Of a DNA stretch of 64,000 bases, positions 59,979 through 64,000 are shown in pieces. A program made the position numbers and the translations under genes. Source of the stretch: Mobula hypostoma. Lineage: Eukaryota. Each line of letters begins with the position of its first letter. Position 1 is the first letter of the stretch. The stretch spans positions 20,212,001 to 20,276,000 of the forward strand of contig NC_086106.1 in assembly GCF_963921235.1 (NCBI RefSeq), written 5' to 3'. The notes beneath the pieces were generated by a model. That model did not search any database. It saw only the letters and a list, made by a program, of their open reading frames with translations, and was not told the origin of the DNA.

Positions 59979-60041
59979 TTGGTTCTACGGTCAATTTGGT
60001 CCCACCGCCAAATATGAGAGGAGTTGCTCCCATGCCATTCA
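59979..60041 (-). CDS. TRAJ: TCR alpha J segment, canonical frame, heptamer CACAACG
   Basis: NGMGATPLIFGGGTKLTVEP; RSS cacaacg 60042-60048 / 12 / acaaaaaaa; donor GTAAGT. Confidence 0.92.
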
Positions 60042-60282
60042 CACAACGCTTAACTCCGTCACAAAAAAACATTTCCAGTCATCACTGAGTTATTCTTTTA
60101 CCCTATGCAATCTAGCCAAAGAAAGCAACTTTTGGAACTTGGCACCAATTTCATTCCATCCTGACCTGTTCCTGGTCAACATTGGGACCATTTCCTTAAT
60201 AATTCCTTCTTTTCTCTACATGAACAGACGGGAATAAAACGGACAGAGAAGAAATTGATGGATTTCTGTTTGAAACACTTAC

Positions 60283-60342
60283 TAGGCGTTACTGTTAACT
60301 TCGTCCCTGGGCCGAACGTTAGCTTTCCTACAGTAGAACTCA
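60283..60342 (-). CDS. TRAJ: TCR alpha J segment, canonical
   Basis: SSTVGKLTFGPGTKLTVTP; RSS cacagca 60343-60349 / 12 / acaaaaaca; donor GTAAGT. Confidence 0.93.
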
Positions 60343-60739
60343 CACAGCACTAATCACCGGTACAAAAACACTTTGGGTTTATCTTGATTCCTGGAATGGC
60401 TAAAAGATGGCTGTTCGATACATTAGAAACTTGACGTTAGATTGATCTCTGGTCGTTAGAGAAATAATGCCCAGTGATTGCTCCCTCTGCCTGAAACAGA
60501 TTTAAGGAATAAGGAAATCTTATTTTTTGATTTTATAAATTAGATTGGGAGCGGGATTTCTGCCTGTTGGTACCAAAATATCTAAATGAACATGTAGCAA
60601 ATTTGTAAATACGTGACATATCCCGCAGCTCGGAATCATAGAGTCACACAACATGGAAAAAGGCTTTGCGGCTCATAGAGTTCATCATCCATTTCCACTA
60701 ATCTTACATGAATCCCATAGTATATTCATCATAATCCCA

Positions 60740-60955
60740 TCAACACCCCAGAATCTTACCTACACGTCAGGAGCAATTTACAGTGGTAAATTAACCTACT
60801 GATACGTACTTATTTAGAATTTGTGAGGGGAACAAATTGCCAGAGGAAACCCACGCGGTCACTGGGAGAATGGCAAACTTCACATAGACATCGCTGGTTT
60901 GGAGGTGAGCCTCTAGAATTGTGATGTAGATGCTGAACCTGCTCTGCCAGTGTCA
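60740..60955 (-). mobile_element. Decayed tRNA-derived SINE
   Basis: cagaggaaacccacgcggtcactgggagaatggcaaacttcaca is the reverse complement of the SINE body. Confidence 0.7.
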
Positions 60956-61142
60956 CTGAGTTGAAGTTTTGTGTCAGTGTATCACTGCTAAATATTTCCT
61001 GCATTTCAAGTTTTCAGGATTGACAATTTAATTTTTGCTCTTTTCGTGCTACATCCTCTTTTGATTTCGACGAGGACTTTGACAGTTCGTGAACGAGATC
61101 AATCCTTTGGGAAACTTGCGAATTGGGTTTAAATTTACTTAC

Positions 61143-61203
61143 TAAGTGTTAACCTTGTTCCTGGACAGAGCGTTAACTCTCCAATACCCCCAGCAGTAAT
61201 ACA
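61143..61203 (-). other. TRAJ: TRAJ open reading frame with LCPG motif and shortened FR4
   Basis: CITAGGIGELTLCPGTRLTL; RSS cacagta 61204-61210 / 12 / aagaaaaac; donor GTAAGT in phase 1. Confidence 0.78.
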
Positions 61204-61994
61204 CACAGTACCACTACCAGTAAAGAAAAACAAACACCTGGGCATTCGTTGTTACAGACAATAAATGTTTCATGCGCAATTCCTCAATTGTCTTTATATT
61301 TGGGTTCCGTTTGTATTTCGGGCCCCAAGCCTTATAATGATCTCGCCAGAACACAATTCTCTGTTTTATGTTAAAAGAGTGCCCTCGATGACAACATTAA
61401 AAACATGGCTCACTGATATGATAACTTTACCATAGTTCACTCTGTAGAACTCTCAAATGAACAGTTGCACGAAGTATAAACAATAAACCAGAGGGAACAA
61501 GATATACTTCCGACACCTGAATGTAACCTGACTTTAATTTCTGGAATAGCTTAGTGAAACATGTCCTTCGAATTAAGGAATGCATACTTCGGATTAGATT
61601 TCGAATCAGTTTTAATATGAAATGCTAAGCAGTATTGTTAGATCCTACCGGGGGTTTATCTAACGGGAAATTTCTCCAGATGTGGATTAACATGTACTTT
61701 TCTATTCAGGTACAACATTACTAAAAGAACCTGCTGACAACTCTGAGCATTTGCAAATAAATCATAATCGATCATGATTATTGAGCATCCAATTGATAAC
61801 AGGAATGACATAAGGGGACAACATATTGTAGCTGACATGCCTAGATGTTCTTCCAACAGGAAATTATTCTTGGATCTAAGGGTATCCTTTGAGTATATGG
61901 CAACAAATCTTCAAAAAAGCACGTAATCTTTCTATTAGTATTTGACAAATTGGTGGTTGTTGATAACTGAAACAACAACGTGACTTCTGTCTTC

Positions 61995-62057
61995 TGTGTT
62001 CTTTGGTCAGTTTGACCCCTCCTCCATATATCAGTGAACTTGCTGTTCCCGCATTCT
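61995..62057 (-). pseudogene. TRAJ: TRAJ pseudogene (YGGG motif; heptamer replaced by poly-C; donor GA)
   Basis: NAGTASSLIYGGGVKLTKEH; poly-C from 62058; donor GAAGAC; intron-side flank resembles those of 56497 and 59979. Confidence 0.75.
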
Positions 62058-62396
62058 CCCCCCCCCCCCACCATCAGTGAATCCCGTCGAAAAGGGAAGC
62101 ACAATCAACTCTTGCACAGCGAAGCAAACAGTTTATCTTAATTTCCCCTCTGACCTGCCCCAAGTCCACTTCAGAATATTTCCTCCGTTTGTTCGCCACC
62201 CCACTCTTTTCATTCCCAACACAGGATTGTCTCCTCTCCGGATTATAACTGGACATCTTCTGCCAATACTATTTGCGGCACATTAAAGTCTATGCTTTAA
62301 GAAGGCTTCTGCATATATAAATTGGAATGGGGCCCGTTCTCGTGTCCAGATCAAAAACTGTAACAGATAGAACAGAATTCTGTCGGAAACACTTAC

Positions 62397-62456
62397 TTGG
62401 AGTCACTGTTAATCTCGTCCCTGACCCGAATATTAGCTTCTGATTGCCAGCATCCA
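62397..62456 (-). CDS. TRAJ: TCR alpha J segment, canonical
   Basis: DAGNQKLIFGSGTRLTVTP; RSS cacagtg 62457-62463 / 12 / acaaaaaca; donor GTAAGT. Confidence 0.94.
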
Positions 62457-63325
62457 CACAGTGCTAATCCTTGATACAAAAACACCACGTTTATTTTGAT
62501 CCTGGAACTGACATCTTAGTTCTTTTCAATTTGATTTCCCACCTACTTTTCGTATGCAATAACCGATTTCTCTCGAAGATAATCACTATCAGCTCAATGT
62601 TCTGCGCTTCAATCATTTTAGTACAGCTGAACAAACTGCGTTCTTTAATCTCGCGGCTCTGCAGTATTGACTTCACAGAAATAATCAAAGGAAATAAGGA
62701 TTTTCTTGCAGTTTTTGTGATTAAATGCAGAACATCCTTTACTTTTCAGATACATATATTATTCCTTGAACGTGATCAGATAGATACATATGAATCATTG
62801 TATATGAGGTATTTTGACATTAGATTATACGCCGGACGCTTAAACAAAAACACACAGCTGTTAATTAAATATTAAAAGACTGCTGCTACTCCAAGAGTAA
62901 AGAGGCACTATTTCTAGATGTTATATTTCATGCAAGGAGCCGAATAACTTCTTGCTGGCGCTGACTGCCTCGAGTGACTTGTTGCAAAACAGACAATATT
63001 GTACACATATTGCAGGCCAGATTCACAGAGCCGTACATCACGGAAAGATGGCCCTTCAGCCAAGTGAATCAGTCAACAACTCATTTACACAAATCCTGCA
63101 GGTATTCCATTCTACCATTCTATTCTCCCTACATTCCCATCATCTTCCTCAAATCTTCACCTACACCTCTATGCACCCATTTTCGGCATCTGTGGTTCAT
63201 TTATTTTTTGCTGCTGACTATTATACTTTGTCTACATTTCCACAAGATTTTTGAAACACTGGGAACAAGATCTCACCTTTGTCACCAGGGCAATAAGATT
63301 TGCAAATTCTGCTTAATATACTTAC

Positions 63326-63391
63326 TGGGTGTCACGGTTAACTTGGTTCCCTGGCCGAATATTAATTTTCCATATCCTGAACCTTCATTCA
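63326..63391 (-). CDS. TRAJ: TCR alpha J segment, canonical
   Basis: NEGSGYGKLIFGQGTKLTVTP; RSS cacagtg 63392-63398 / 12 / acaaaaaca; donor GTAAGT. Confidence 0.95.
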
Positions 63392-64000
63392 CACAGTGCC
63401 AACTACAGTTACAAAAACACCGTGTGGTTAAAAGTAATTGTATTCTTTCTAATGGTATCATTCTACTGACTTCAGATATCCTTGAGTTATTATGCCTGCT
63501 TGTCATTGTGCTGCTCTCAATGTTACTTATGTAAGGCTTATCAATCACGTTGTAAAGTACAAGATTTCCTTGTCAAAAGGGTTCTATGCCTGAATTCCTG
63601 ATTAACGAATTGCTACGATTGTTAAAATGGAGCATCAGTGGAATAATATTAAACCCGCTCTGCAATCATTTTACTCATTTTCTCTCTTGAGGTCATCATG
63701 TTGCTATTTCTTTTTCGATCGGTCTTTCTTTCGTTTCTATTCTTGGATTGTACGGAGATATTTTTAATTTGTACAAACTGTATTCTAAAATGCACCTGAG
63801 GCTCATGTTGGATGAATGTGAAACATAATTAAAACGATACAGGGAGAAAGAAAAGAAAGCGAGTGAAATCTTGATAAGCCTGCAGTTTGATTCAGAAGAG
63901 AGCAAAGACCAAGAGACAGGAGCCCATCCACCTAAACGACGCAAATTAAAGGCTCCTCGTACCCATTCCAATAATCTACAGGTTAAGTAGAGCCAGGTGT

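Larger units (their letters stand above)
54100..61100. repeat. Tandem duplication of a five-J block: about 54100-57700 versus 57840-61100
   Basis: J pairs 54140/57865, 54530/58385, 55701/59154, 56497/59979 and 56984/60283; both copies carry a purine-rich tract at the same position. Confidence 0.85.
583..63419 (-). other. TRA: T-cell receptor alpha J gene segment array (about 77 J segments, running off both ends of the window)
   Basis: Dozens of 54-67 nt segments, each with a 12-bp-spacer RSS, an FGXG frame and a phase-1 GT donor, all in one orientation, with no interspersed V or C exons. A long array of 12-RSS Js without interleaved C exons is the established layout of TRA; TRB, TRG and TRD have few Js per C, and IgH/IgK Js carry 23-RSSs. 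Confidence 0.9.

Noticed and set aside
1-61100. Duplicated blocks as assembly artefacts (uncollapsed haplotypes)
   Set aside because: Copies differ by many substitutions, indels and private LINE insertions, far beyond allelic divergence.
62974-63534. Longest ORFs (62974-63534, 53074-53499, 7185-7583, 33595-33987, all plus strand)
   Set aside because: No recognisable domain; several are just antisense reads through J segments (VPDP, VPWP, VPVP are the reverse complement of FGXG); lengths are compatible with chance in AT-rich DNA.
1-64000. V exons, D segments (double RSS), constant exons, NAR-TCR or IgH-like segments
   Set aside because: No ~300-nt Ig-fold frame, no 23-spacer RSS and no opposite-facing RSS was found by eye. 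Isolated cactgtg (48959) and cacagtg (50139) lack nonamers. A systematic RSS scan would be needed to exclude weak sites.

Overview
Vertebrate genomic DNA, most likely from a cartilaginous fish (inferred from shark/ray-type CR1 LINE and tRNA-SINE fragments). The window is the interior of a T-cell receptor alpha J-segment (TRAJ) array on the minus strand. I read 77 J or J-derived segments by eye: 46 canonical (CAC heptamer, 12-bp spacer, nonamer, open F-G-X-G frame, phase-1 GT donor), 5 open segments with intact signals but an atypical motif, and 26 pseudogenes or remnants. No V exon, D segment or C exon was found, so the C region should lie left of base 1 and the V/delta region right of base 64000. 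The array is built from nested tandem duplications: a 1-10 kb pair, an A-B-C-D four-J cassette repeated about ten times over 14-36.4 kb, a three-J duplication at 43-48.8 kb, and a five-J duplication at 54-61 kb. The spacers are filled with decayed LINEs, SINEs and microsatellites, and there are two N gaps. None of the long six-frame ORFs is a real gene. Conventions: J coordinates exclude the RSS and the donor; RSSs are written as on the + strand (heptamer / spacer / nonamer, at higher coordinates than the J); donors and translations are on the - strand. TRAJ arrays are a known system, so the points of interest are its architecture and the patterns of segment survival and divergence.
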